Origin: an uncultured Oscillibacter sp.
Lineage (GTDB): Bacteria > Bacillota > Clostridia > Oscillospirales > Oscillospiraceae
Direction: 5' to 3'
Assembly: GCA_947365245.1 (NCBI GenBank)
Contig: CANAWG010000013.1
Coordinates: 2,699 to 66,698 of the forward strand
Length of the DNA stretch: 64,000 bases
Shown: one piece after another, positions 36,457 to 45,089 of the stretch
How positions within the stretch are numbered: the first letter of the stretch is position 1
How the letters are laid out: the number at the start of each line of letters is the position of its first letter
The notes under the pieces: generated by a model
The model's input: only the letters and a program-made list of their open reading frames with translations
Databases searched by the model: none
What the model was told of the DNA's origin: nothing
Translations under genes and position numbers: made by a program

Positions 36457-38298
36457 ATGTGCGCCATTTGCGGAGTGCTGGACTGGAAGTGCCGGAGGGG
36501 AATTGAGCAAAAGAATATCCTGCGGATGCAGGCGGCTCTTCGGCATCGGGGGCCGGACGGCAGCGACATGCTGATGCTGAAAGGGGCCGCGCTGGGGTTT
36601 GACCGGCTGAGTTTTCTGGACCTGGAGGGCGGCATGCAGCCGCTCCAGAACGAGGACGGAAGCATCTCCATGGTCTGCAACGGAGAGATCTTCAACTTCC
36701 CGGAGCTGCGGCGGGAGCTGGAGGCCAAGGGGCACCGCTTCCGCACGAGGACGGACGTGGAGGTCATCCTGCACCTCTACGAGGAGGAGGGGCTGGACTT
36801 CCCCAAACGGCTGAACGGCCAGTTCGCCATCGCGCTGTATGACGAGAAAAAAGAGCAGCTGCTGCTGGTGCGGGATCAGGTGGGGATCTGCCCGCTGTTC
36901 TATACGGTCGTTGGCGGGCAGGTGGTCTTCGCCTCGGAGATCAAGGGGATCCTGGAGTATCCCGGCGTGGAGCGGCGGCTGAATCTGAAAGCCGTGGACC
37001 AGCTGATGAATTTTCCCGGCGTCGTCTCTCCCACCACCTTTTTTGACGGCGTCTACTCCCTGCGGGGCGGACATATCCTCCGGATCCGGCCGGGAGAGGA
37101 GATCCGGGATCTGGAATACTGGGATCTTTGCTACAGCGCCGAGGCGGAGGAGGACCGGGGCGAGGCCTACTACGTGGAGCGCCTGCGGGAGCTGCTGAAA
37201 GCCTCCATTTCGCGGCGGCTGGTGGCGGATGTGCCCATCGGGTTCTATATCTCCGGCGGGCTGGACAGCTCCGTGGTGGCCTGCTGCATCGGGAAATACC
37301 TGCTCAACAGCTGCTACTCCTTTTCCGCGGAGGTCGCGGGGGAGCTGGACGAGAGCCGGTTCCAGCAGATCGTCTGCGACTATGTGCGGTCCACCCACTA
37401 CAAAACGGTCATCACCGAGGACGAGCTGTGGGCCAACCTCGCAAAGGTGATCTACCACGCGGAGTCCGGGGTGAAGGAGAGCTACGACGTGGCGGCCTAT
37501 CTGCTCTCCGGGCTGGTCAGCACCTCTCCCGCCAGGGCGGTTCTGACGGGGCAGGGCTCCGACGAGTTCTTCTGCGGCTATGTGGGCTATATGGTGGATC
37601 TGTTCCGGGGGATGCAGAAGGACAAGATGGCCCCGGAGGAGCTGGCGCTGAATGAAAAGCTGTGGGGCGATCCCTGTTTCCGGTTCGAGCGGAATCACCC
37701 GGAGCTGCGAAAGATCCATCAAAAGGTCTACAGCAAAGACGCCTGGGGACAGATCGACCGTTTCTCCGCCCTGGCGGAGAGCCCGGTGAACGTGGACCGG
37801 CTGCGGGGCCTCAGCACGCAGAAGCGCCGGTCCTATATTGACAGCAAGCTGCGCCTTGCGGATCATCTGCTGGGGGAGCACGGGGACCGGATGTTCTTCT
37901 CCCACTCCGTGGAGGGGCGGCACCCCTTTTTGGACATGGAGCTGCTGGAGTTTGTGCAGACGATTCCGGATCAGTACAAGCTCAACGGCACCAACGAGAA
38001 ATATATCCTGAAAAAGGCCGCCCGGGGAATCGTGCCCGACGAGATCCTCAAGCGCAAAAAATTCCCCTTCCAGGCGCCCGGTATGTCCGCCATGGTGAAG
38101 CGCGCCAACGGCAGGCTGGAGTTCCTCAGCGACGGGCTTTTGAAAAAGTACGGCGTCTTTGACGTGGACTATGTGCACGAGATGCTGAGAATTTACAGCC
38201 AGAGCGATTTCAAGCTGATGGGAGCCTATGAGATCGACTATCTGCTGATCGTCATGACGGTGACGATGCTGTGCGAGACCTATGGGCTGACGGTATAG
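36457..38298 (+). CDS. Asparagine synthase family (AsnB-type, glutamine-hydrolysing) amidotransferase
   Basis: N-terminal MCAICG (Ntn Cys2), PP-loop YISGGLDSS; 613 aa. Confidence 0.88.
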   Translation: MCAICGVLDWKCRRGIEQKNILRMQAALRHRGPDGSDMLMLKGAALGFDRLSFLDLEGGMQPLQNEDGSISMVCNGEIFNFPELRRELEAKGHRFRTRTDVEVILHLYEEEGLDFPKRLNGQFAIALYDEKKEQLLLVRDQVGICPLFYTVVGGQVVFASEIKGILEYPGVERRLNLKAVDQLMNFPGVVSPTTFFDGVYSLRGGHILRIRPGEEIRDLEYWDLCYSAEAEEDRGEAYYVERLRELLKASISRRLVADVPIGFYISGGLDSSVVACCIGKYLLNSCYSFSAEVAGELDESRFQQIVCDYVRSTHYKTVITEDELWANLAKVIYHAESGVKESYDVAAYLLSGLVSTSPARAVLTGQGSDEFFCGYVGYMVDLFRGMQKDKMAPEELALNEKLWGDPCFRFERNHPELRKIHQKVYSKDAWGQIDRFSALAESPVNVDRLRGLSTQKRRSYIDSKLRLADHLLGEHGDRMFFSHSVEGRHPFLDMELLEFVQTIPDQYKLNGTNEKYILKKAARGIVPDEILKRKKFPFQAPGMSAMVKRANGRLEFLSDGLLKKYGVFDVDYVHEMLRIYSQSDFKLMGAYEIDYLLIVMTVTMLCETYGLTV

Positions 38299-38310
38299 GG
38301 AACAGGGGCA

Positions 38311-38353
38311 AAAAACTCCCCCGGATCGGATGGATCCGGGGGATAATTTTTTT
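38311..38353. terminator. Bidirectional terminator between the asnB-like and P60 genes
   Basis: AAAAAAC-TCCCCCGGATC-ggatg-GATCCGGGGGA-TAATTTTTTT. Confidence 0.8.
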
Positions 38354-38356
38354 GTA

Positions 38357-39304
38357 CTACTCGCCGCCCACAATGCGGCGGGCGGCTATGTACTTTTTGG
38401 CGTTGTTGCTGGTGACCAGGCTGCTGTACTCCACCTGGCGGGTGTCGCTGGAGGCGTGGATAAAGGTCTCGCCGCCAATATAGATGCCCACATGGGAGGC
38501 CGCGTGGGTGTCACCCGCGTTTTTAAAGAAGACGATGTCTCCGGGCTGGAGCTGATCCTTGGAGACAGCGGTGCCATTGCTCAGCTGGGTGCTGGCGGTG
38601 CGGTTGATGCTGTAGCCAAAGTGGGCGAAAACGTACTTCACAAAACCGGAGCAGTCAAAGCTGTCCGGCCCGTTGCCGCCGTACACGTAGGGCGTGCCCA
38701 GAAACGTCTCCGCGTAGGCCGCCACCTCCAAGCCGGCCGCGGTGGAAAGCCCGCTGCCAATGGCTCCTGTGGGATCGGCGGCGGGACGGCAGCCGCCGCC
38801 GGAGGCCTGCGGGGCGGAGCAGGTTGCCAGGTAATCGCTGGACACGTAGCCTGTCCGCCCGTTGTGCTCAATCTGATACCAGCCGTTTTCGATGCCGATG
38901 ATTTTGACCACGGTATTGTTGGAGAGGGACATGACCTTGCTGTGCTCCGTGCCGGGGCCGGAGCGCACGTTGAGACTGCTGCCCCCGGTGGTCACCCTGC
39001 CGTTGCCCAGGTCGGCGTCCAGCCGGGTGGAGACCTCCACATAGTCGGCGGAGAGGTAGCCTGTCTGGTCCTGATAGGAGACCTTATACCAGCCGTCCCG
39101 GGCATCCTCCAGCACCGCCACGCAGGTGCCGGTATGGAGCGTCGTCAGGATCTCGGAGGAGGTATTGGGCTCTTCCCGAAGACGGAGGCCGTCCCCGGTG
39201 ACGGTGCCCGCCCCATAGCTCAGCGCGCGGGCCTGCCCGGAACAGGCCGTGATAAGAATCAGCGCGGCAAGGGCGGAAGATAGAACGTGTTTGAAATCAG
39301 ACAT
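38357..39304 (-). CDS. Secreted SH3b-SH3b-NlpC/P60 peptidoglycan hydrolase
   Basis: Signal peptide, two SH3b repeats (LNVRSGPGTEHSKV, WYKVSYQDQTGYLSADYV), catalytic DCSGFVKYVF and HVGIYIG. Confidence 0.9.
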   Translation of the reverse strand: MSDFKHVLSSALAALILITACSGQARALSYGAGTVTGDGLRLREEPNTSSEILTTLHTGTCVAVLEDARDGWYKVSYQDQTGYLSADYVEVSTRLDADLGNGRVTTGGSSLNVRSGPGTEHSKVMSLSNNTVVKIIGIENGWYQIEHNGRTGYVSSDYLATCSAPQASGGGCRPAADPTGAIGSGLSTAAGLEVAAYAETFLGTPYVYGGNGPDSFDCSGFVKYVFAHFGYSINRTASTQLSNGTAVSKDQLQPGDIVFFKNAGDTHAASHVGIYIGGETFIHASSDTRQVEYSSLVTSNNAKKYIAARRIVGGE

Positions 39305-39848
39305 GGGATGGGTCCCCTCCGTTGGCAGAACAGAAGCCTTGTTTTGTTACTAAATTGTAATATATTTGTCCGGCTTCGTCAATGGGTTTCAGGGAAGCTG
39401 CATTGGGTTTCGATCAAAATCGCACTTCTGACATACCGGCGGCGCGGGCCTCTCGTGTCCCCCTTTATCGGGCGGAGCGCAAAGCGGGAGGGACCAGCGG
39501 CGGCGTGGAACCGCCGCACTCTGGCTGTCCGCGGAAGCCGTGTTCCGGTCCTCGGACCTCCGGGGCCGTGCGCGCCGGGTAAAACGGCGTCAGCAAATCG
39601 CCCAACCGCACCGGAAACGCGTTGGTCGAAAGCACAGCGGGATACCCGTAAACGAGGCTCCTCCCCTGGGACGCCTCTCCGCGGAGGACGGCCAAATGCT
39701 TCGGGAAACCATTGTGCGGCTCCTAATAACGCCCGCCGCAAGCGGCCGTCCCACTCTTTCGAGGGAGAGGATGAGCAGTGCGCCTGTGAGAGACTGGAAA
39801 GAGAGGCGGATTCGCCGACAAAATTACTTTTTACATTAGATAATTATA

Positions 39849-39877
39849 TTGACAATTGTAAAATAATGTGCTATTTT
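39849..39877 (+). promoter_or_regulatory. Sigma-A type promoter of the dehydrogenase-complex operon
   Basis: TTGACA (39849-39854), 17-nt spacer, TATTTT (39872-39877), in an AT-rich patch 50 nt before the start. Confidence 0.5.
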
Positions 39878-39927
39878 TATCACAGCAAAAAGCGATCAGT
39901 TTTAATTTCTGCAAAGGAAGGTAGCGT

Positions 39928-40911
39928 ATGGAGTGTAGTAAGGAGTACTTGGAGGAGAACCGGGATCTTTGCCGGACTTTAATGCTGCGGATGATGACGG
40001 TGAACAAATTTGAGGAAACCGCTTTCTGGCTGTTTGGTCAGGGACTGGTCCACGGCACGATGCACCTGGGCATCGGAGAGGAGGGGACTGGCATCGGCAC
40101 GACAGCGGCCCTTGAAAAGGGAGATTATGTTTTGGCGACCCATCGCGGACATGGACAGGCTATCGGAAAGGGCGTGGATATTAACGCCATGATGGCGGAG
40201 ATTTTGGCCCGGGAGACGGGGACCAACCGGGGCAAGGGCGGTTCCATGCACATCTGCGACTATGACAACGGGATTCTGGGGGCCAATGGGATTCTGGGGG
40301 CCAATGGGCCAATCGCCTGCGGTGCGGCTCTAACCATCCAAATGAAGAAGATCCCCAATCGGGTAGTGGCCTGTTTTCTGGGAGACGGGGCGTCCAACGA
40401 GGGCGCCATTCACGAATCCATGAACCTGGCCGCCGCGTGGAAGTTGCCGGTGCTCTTTGTCCTGGTCAACAACACCTACGGCATGTCCACGCCCCTGCGC
40501 AAGGTCGTCAATGACATGGATCTGACAAAGCGGGCCATCCCCTATGGCATGGAATCCTTTGAGTGTGACGGAAACGATGTCCTGGAGGTCTATGAGACCG
40601 TGAAAAGAGCCAGGGAGTATGCGCTGGAAAACGGCCCCGCTCTGATCGTTGAGCATACGTATCGGACGTCCGGACACAGCAAGTCGGACGGCAATCAGTA
40701 CCGGACAAAGGAAGAGATTCAGTATTGGAAGGACCGGAGTCCCATTATCCGCTTCCGCAGGCTGCTTGTTGAAAACGGGATCTTTACAGAGACGGAGATT
40801 GACGAGATACAGCAGCAGGCCGACCAGATCGTCGACGGCGCAGTGGAATATGCCAAGGCCCAGCCGCAGCCGAAGGCGGAGAATCTGGAAGCGGACGTCT
40901 ATGCGGTTTGA
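39928..40911 (+). CDS. TPP-dependent acetoin/2-oxoacid dehydrogenase E1 alpha subunit
   Basis: 327 aa. GTMHLGIGEEG, HRGHG, GKGGSMH and GDGASNEG TPP motifs. Confidence 0.88.
   Translation: MECSKEYLEENRDLCRTLMLRMMTVNKFEETAFWLFGQGLVHGTMHLGIGEEGTGIGTTAALEKGDYVLATHRGHGQAIGKGVDINAMMAEILARETGTNRGKGGSMHICDYDNGILGANGILGANGPIACGAALTIQMKKIPNRVVACFLGDGASNEGAIHESMNLAAAWKLPVLFVLVNNTYGMSTPLRKVVNDMDLTKRAIPYGMESFECDGNDVLEVYETVKRAREYALENGPALIVEHTYRTSGHSKSDGNQYRTKEEIQYWKDRSPIIRFRRLLVENGIFTETEIDEIQQQADQIVDGAVEYAKAQPQPKAENLEADVYAV
40270..40305 (+). repeat. Perfect in-frame 18-nt tandem duplication inside E1 alpha
   Basis: GGGATTCTGGGGGCCAAT occurs twice, then GGGCCAAT. It encodes GILGAN-GILGAN-GP. Confidence 0.95.
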
Positions 40912-40927
40912 AGGAGGAGATGCGTCA

Positions 40928-41911
40928 ATGGGTGAGATGCGTGAGATTACATATCGTGACGCCGTCCGGGAGGCGATGTGTGAGGAGATGCGCCGGGACG
41001 AAAACGTCTTTTTCATGGGGGAGGACATCGGTGTATACTGCGGGGCATTCGGGGTTTCCAAGGGCATGATCCAGGAGTTCGGCGAAGAGCGCGTGCGAGA
41101 GACGCCGATCTCTGAGACGGCCTTTGTAGGCGCCGGAATCGGCGCTGCCGTCACAGGGATGCGGCCCATCGTGGAGTTGATGTTCTCTGATTTTATGGCG
41201 GTGTGCTATGATCAGATTATCAACCAGGCCGCTAAAATGCATTTTATGTTCGCGGGAAAAGTGCGGGTGCCCATGGTCATCCGCACGCCCGCGGGCGGCG
41301 GCACCGGTGCGGCGGCGCAGCACTCGCAGTCTCTGGAGCAGATGTACTGCCATGTCCCCGGGCTGAAGGTCGTGGTTCCCTCCACCCCGTACGACGCCAA
41401 GGGCTTGCTGAAATCCGCCATCCGCGACAACAATACCGTGATCTTCCTGGAGCAAAAGCGCCTTTATAAGGAAAAGGGGCTTGTCCCGGAGGAGGAGTAT
41501 ACCATCCCCCTGGGGAAAGCCGACATCAAGCGCCGGGGCAGCGACGTCTCTATCATCACTTACGGCCGTACAGTGCAGATGAGTCTCTTGGCCGCGGAAC
41601 GCCTGGCAAAGGACGGCATTGAGGCGGAGGTTCTGGATCTGCGCACGCTGAGCCCCCTGGACACCGGGGCGGTTATCGAGACGGCCAGAAAGACGAAGCG
41701 GGTCGTGGTGGTCCATGAGTCTGTGCAGTTTGCGGGCTTTGGCGGAGAGATCGTCAGTACCATCGCCGACAGTGAGGCGTTTTACTATTTGGACGCTCCC
41801 ATTAAGCGCGTCGGCGGACTCTGCTGCCCGGTCCCTTTCAATCCCCAGCTGGAGGAGAGCGTATTTCCCACCCCGGAGAAGATCGAGGCGGCGGTTCGGA
41901 GTATGCTGTGA
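40928..41911 (+). CDS. Dehydrogenase complex E1 beta subunit
   Basis: Transketolase-like pyrimidine-binding and C-terminal domains (FMGEDIG, RVRETPISE). GAAGGAGGAG RBS. Confidence 0.9.
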   Translation: MGEMREITYRDAVREAMCEEMRRDENVFFMGEDIGVYCGAFGVSKGMIQEFGEERVRETPISETAFVGAGIGAAVTGMRPIVELMFSDFMAVCYDQIINQAAKMHFMFAGKVRVPMVIRTPAGGGTGAAAQHSQSLEQMYCHVPGLKVVVPSTPYDAKGLLKSAIRDNNTVIFLEQKRLYKEKGLVPEEEYTIPLGKADIKRRGSDVSIITYGRTVQMSLLAAERLAKDGIEAEVLDLRTLSPLDTGAVIETARKTKRVVVVHESVQFAGFGGEIVSTIADSEAFYYLDAPIKRVGGLCCPVPFNPQLEESVFPTPEKIEAAVRSML

Positions 41912-41930
41912 AGTGCCGCGGGAGGATGCT

Positions 41931-43274
41931 ATGCTGACGAAAGTGTATATGCCTAAAAATGGCATGGATATGACAGAGGGGACCCTGGTTCGATGGCTGA
42001 AGCAGGTGGGAGAATTTGTTGAGGCCGGAGAAGGGATCATGGAGATTGAGACGGATAAGGTCACCATGGAGGCGGAGGCTCCTGCGTCGGGATTCCTGCT
42101 GGAGCAGCTCTATGCTGAGGGATCCGTCGTCCCGGTTTTGACGACGGTGGGATACATCGGCGAAAAGGGGGACAGGATTCCCGAGAAAGGTGAAGATTCC
42201 GCTCCTGCCGCGGCGGCGGAGATCCGCCGTGAGGAGCGGGCGGCGGCCGAGGCGCCCCTGAAAAGGCGAGATGACGAGATTCCTGCGACACCCCTTGCAA
42301 AGACCATTTCAAAGCAGTATCAGATTGACCTGCGCTCCGTTACACCCGGCGGAAGCCGGGGGGAAATCCGCGGCGCCGACGTGGAGCGCATTTACAGGAG
42401 CCGCAAAGGGGCGACGCCGCTGGCGGCTGCGATGTCCCGAAAGCTGGGAATTGAGCTGTCCCAGGTCGACGGCACCGGTTTTCGGGGGAAGATCACAAAG
42501 GAGGATATTCTGCGGGTACAGGCTGCCGCGGAGGACGCCGGCTGTCCGGCGGCCCCGGCGGGGAGCCGTCCGCAGAGGGAGATTCCGCTGAACACCATGC
42601 GCCGGGTCATCTCCCGCCGGATGCTGTCCAGCCACCTGGAGATACCTCCGGTCACCGCCTGTGTGAAGGTCGATGTGACAAGGCTGCTGGCGCTCCGGGA
42701 GGAGGTGAACGCCTCCAGGGATAAGGCGGAACGGGTCTCCATCAACGACTTCATCATAAAGGCCGCGGGGATTGCTCTGTTGAAAAATGAGCGCTTCCGC
42801 ATGTCCATTGACAAGGAGCGATATATCCTCAGGGATCAGATCGATATTGGGGTAGCCGTAAGCGTAGAAGACGGGCTGCTGGTTCCGGTGGTCCGGAACG
42901 TGGACCAGAAGAATCTCTTCCAGATATCCCATGAGGCCAAGGAGCTGGCGGCGACGGCCAGGAGAGGGGCGCTTACGGCCCGGGACACCGGGAACGCCTG
43001 CATCACGATTTCCAACCTGGGGATGTACGGGACCTATTACTTTACGCCGATTATCAATCAGCCGGAGGCGTCCATCATCGGCGTGTGCAGTATCGAAGAT
43101 GAGCTGACTCTGGCGGATGGGCAGATCAGCGTACGTAAAAAGACCATCCTCTGTACCACCTATGATCACCGTATCATCAATGGCGCGGAGGCCAGCGGCT
43201 TTCAGGCCGACCTGAAAGCTCTGCTGGAGCGTCCAACCGATATTTTGCTTGCAGGAGGGGAGTATGGCTGCTGA
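41931..43274 (+). CDS. Dihydrolipoamide acyltransferase E2
   Basis: Lipoyl domain (MEIETDKVTMEAEAP), E3-binding domain (ATPLAKT), catalytic YDHRIINGAEA. Confidence 0.9.
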   Translation: MLTKVYMPKNGMDMTEGTLVRWLKQVGEFVEAGEGIMEIETDKVTMEAEAPASGFLLEQLYAEGSVVPVLTTVGYIGEKGDRIPEKGEDSAPAAAAEIRREERAAAEAPLKRRDDEIPATPLAKTISKQYQIDLRSVTPGGSRGEIRGADVERIYRSRKGATPLAAAMSRKLGIELSQVDGTGFRGKITKEDILRVQAAAEDAGCPAAPAGSRPQREIPLNTMRRVISRRMLSSHLEIPPVTACVKVDVTRLLALREEVNASRDKAERVSINDFIIKAAGIALLKNERFRMSIDKERYILRDQIDIGVAVSVEDGLLVPVVRNVDQKNLFQISHEAKELAATARRGALTARDTGNACITISNLGMYGTYYFTPIINQPEASIIGVCSIEDELTLADGQISVRKKTILCTTYDHRIINGAEASGFQADLKALLERPTDILLAGGEYGC

Positions 43275-44970
43275 ACTGTACATGCCCAAAAACGGCATGG
43301 ATATGACAGAGGGGACGATTGTCCGCTGGCTGAAGGAAGAGGGAGATCCCGTGGAAAAGGGAGAGCCTGTCATGGAGATCGAGACGGACAAGGTCACGAT
43401 GGAGGCCGAATCCCCGGCCTCCGGCGTCCTTTTGAAAAAACTTTTTCAAAACGGGGATGTGGTCCCGGTTCTGACCACACTTGGGTATATTGGAAGCCGC
43501 GGCGAATCTCTGCCGGAGCCTCCCGCGCCGGAGCGGAAAACGTCCGGCGGCCAGTCCCCGGAGACGCCTGCGCAAAACGCGGCGGAATACCAGGTCGCGG
43601 TGGTAGGCGGCGGGCCGGCAGGCTATGTGGCCGCGATTCGGGCGGCGCAGCTGGGTGCCCGCGTGGTGCTCTTTGAAAAGGACAAATTGGGCGGAACTTG
43701 TCTGAACCGGGGATGCATCCCCACAAAAACGCTTCTGAAGACGGCGGAATATCTCCGATATATCAAAGAGGCGTCTGCCCGGGGCATCCGGCTGGACGGC
43801 GGCTCCGTGCGGGTGGATATGCCGGCCGCCGTCGAGAAAAAGGACCAGGTCGTCAAGACGCTGACAGATGGGGTGGAGGCGCTGCTGCGTGCCAATCACG
43901 TCACTGTCATCAGGGGTGAGGCCCGACTGCGGACAGCCCGTCGGATTGTCTGCGGCGGGAGAGAATATACGGCGGAACGGATCATCCTGTGCGGCGGCTC
44001 CAAGCCGGTCAGGCTTCCCATACCGGGGACACAGAGCCGCCATGTGCTCACAAGCACGGATATTCTGGAGCTGAAAGAGCTGCCCGCGCGGCTGTGCATC
44101 ATCGGAGGAGGCGTGATCGGCTGTGAGTTTGCCAGCATTTTTCAGGCCTTTGGCGTCCAGGTCACCATTGTCGAGAAGATGGACCGCTTAATGGAGACGA
44201 TGGACGCGGATGTGTCCGAAGAGCTTGAAAAATGTATGAAAAGAGACGGGGTGGTGGTACACTTATGTGAAAGCGTAAAGGAAGTTCTTGAGCAGCCGGA
44301 CGGGCTGACCGTGGTGACAGATCACTTTCAGATCGAATGCGATAAAGTCCTGCTGTCGATCGGCAGAGTATCCGATCTGGACTGCCTGGGAGATATGGCG
44401 GGGGAAGTCAGGACCGAAAACGGGAAAGTGGCTGTGGACGAGACCATGAGGACTTCGGTTGAGGGCGTCTATGCCTGCGGGGATATTAACGGCCGTGCCA
44501 TGCTGGCCCATGCTGCTTTCCGGATGGGAGAAGTGGCTGCGGAAAACTGTGTGGGAGACCGACAGGAGCGGTGTTTGCTGAAGTATGTGCCCAGCGTCCT
44601 CTATACCGCGCCGGAGGCCGCCTGTGTGGGGCTTACGGAGGAACAGGCCCGCAGGCTGCACCCAGAGGGTATTCAGGTCGGAAAATTCCCAATGTCCGCC
44701 AACAGCCGGGCGGTGGCCTCCGGCGAGCGGGACGGATTCGTGAAAGTCATCGTGGAAAAAGACTACGGGGAGCTCCTGGGGGTTCATATTATCGGCGGGC
44801 TTGCTTCGGAGATGATTGCGGAGGCGGCCGCCCTAATGTCCGCGGAGGTCACGGCCCAGGAGATTGTCTCCAGACTGATTCATCCGCACCCCAGTTACTC
44901 CGAGGCTTTTTCCGAGGCCTGCGGCGATGCCCTGGGGGCGTGTATCCATCTTCCCCCCAAGAGAAAGTAG
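43264..44970 (+). CDS. Dihydrolipoyl dehydrogenase E3 with an N-terminal lipoyl domain
   Basis: Lipoyl domain (MEIETDKVTMEAESP), then FAD fold VVGGGPAGY and redox disulfide GGTCLNRGCIPTK. Confidence 0.9.
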   Translation: MAAELYMPKNGMDMTEGTIVRWLKEEGDPVEKGEPVMEIETDKVTMEAESPASGVLLKKLFQNGDVVPVLTTLGYIGSRGESLPEPPAPERKTSGGQSPETPAQNAAEYQVAVVGGGPAGYVAAIRAAQLGARVVLFEKDKLGGTCLNRGCIPTKTLLKTAEYLRYIKEASARGIRLDGGSVRVDMPAAVEKKDQVVKTLTDGVEALLRANHVTVIRGEARLRTARRIVCGGREYTAERIILCGGSKPVRLPIPGTQSRHVLTSTDILELKELPARLCIIGGGVIGCEFASIFQAFGVQVTIVEKMDRLMETMDADVSEELEKCMKRDGVVVHLCESVKEVLEQPDGLTVVTDHFQIECDKVLLSIGRVSDLDCLGDMAGEVRTENGKVAVDETMRTSVEGVYACGDINGRAMLAHAAFRMGEVAAENCVGDRQERCLLKYVPSVLYTAPEAACVGLTEEQARRLHPEGIQVGKFPMSANSRAVASGERDGFVKVIVEKDYGELLGVHIIGGLASEMIAEAAALMSAEVTAQEIVSRLIHPHPSYSEAFSEACGDALGACIHLPPKRK

Positions 44971-45089
44971 GCGCGGGACGGGACCCGGCACGGCCGCCGC
45001 TTTGCAGCCGGTGACAAATCAGAATATGAGACTCCATACTTGCCGTGATATTCCGCAGGTGCTCACCCAAATCAAAAATGGAGGTTCAC

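Noticed and set aside
39305-39830. Tested the idea of a c-di-AMP (ydaO) riboswitch upstream of the NlpC/P60 gene, and of SRP RNA, RNase P RNA, tmRNA, cobalamin riboswitch or T-box on either strand.
   Set aside because: The hallmark strings were not found (GGGGUGAAUC / CCGAACCCGUCAGCUAACC for ydaO, GGAAGCAGC for SRP, GGAAAGUCCGGGC for RNase P, and so on). The single GGAGGGGACCCA match is simply the P60 RBS region.
39305-39927. Sigma-54 (-24 TGGCAC / -12 TTGC) promoter for the acetoin-type operon, as in Bacillus acoABCL.
   Set aside because: TGGCAGAACAGAAGCC near 39323 lacks the -12 TTGC element at the right spacing. No AcoR-like activator gene is in the window.
39287-39982. 231-aa ORF spanning the P60/dehydrogenase intergenic region.
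   Set aside because: The sequence is nonsense-like and Arg-rich, has no RBS, and runs into the E1 alpha gene out of frame. The region is treated as non-coding (see the finding on 39330-39830).
43264-43560. Lipoyl domain fused to the E3 subunit as a novelty.
   Set aside because: From memory, N-terminal lipoyl domains on dihydrolipoyl dehydrogenases are already known in several bacterial complexes. It is noted in the feature only.
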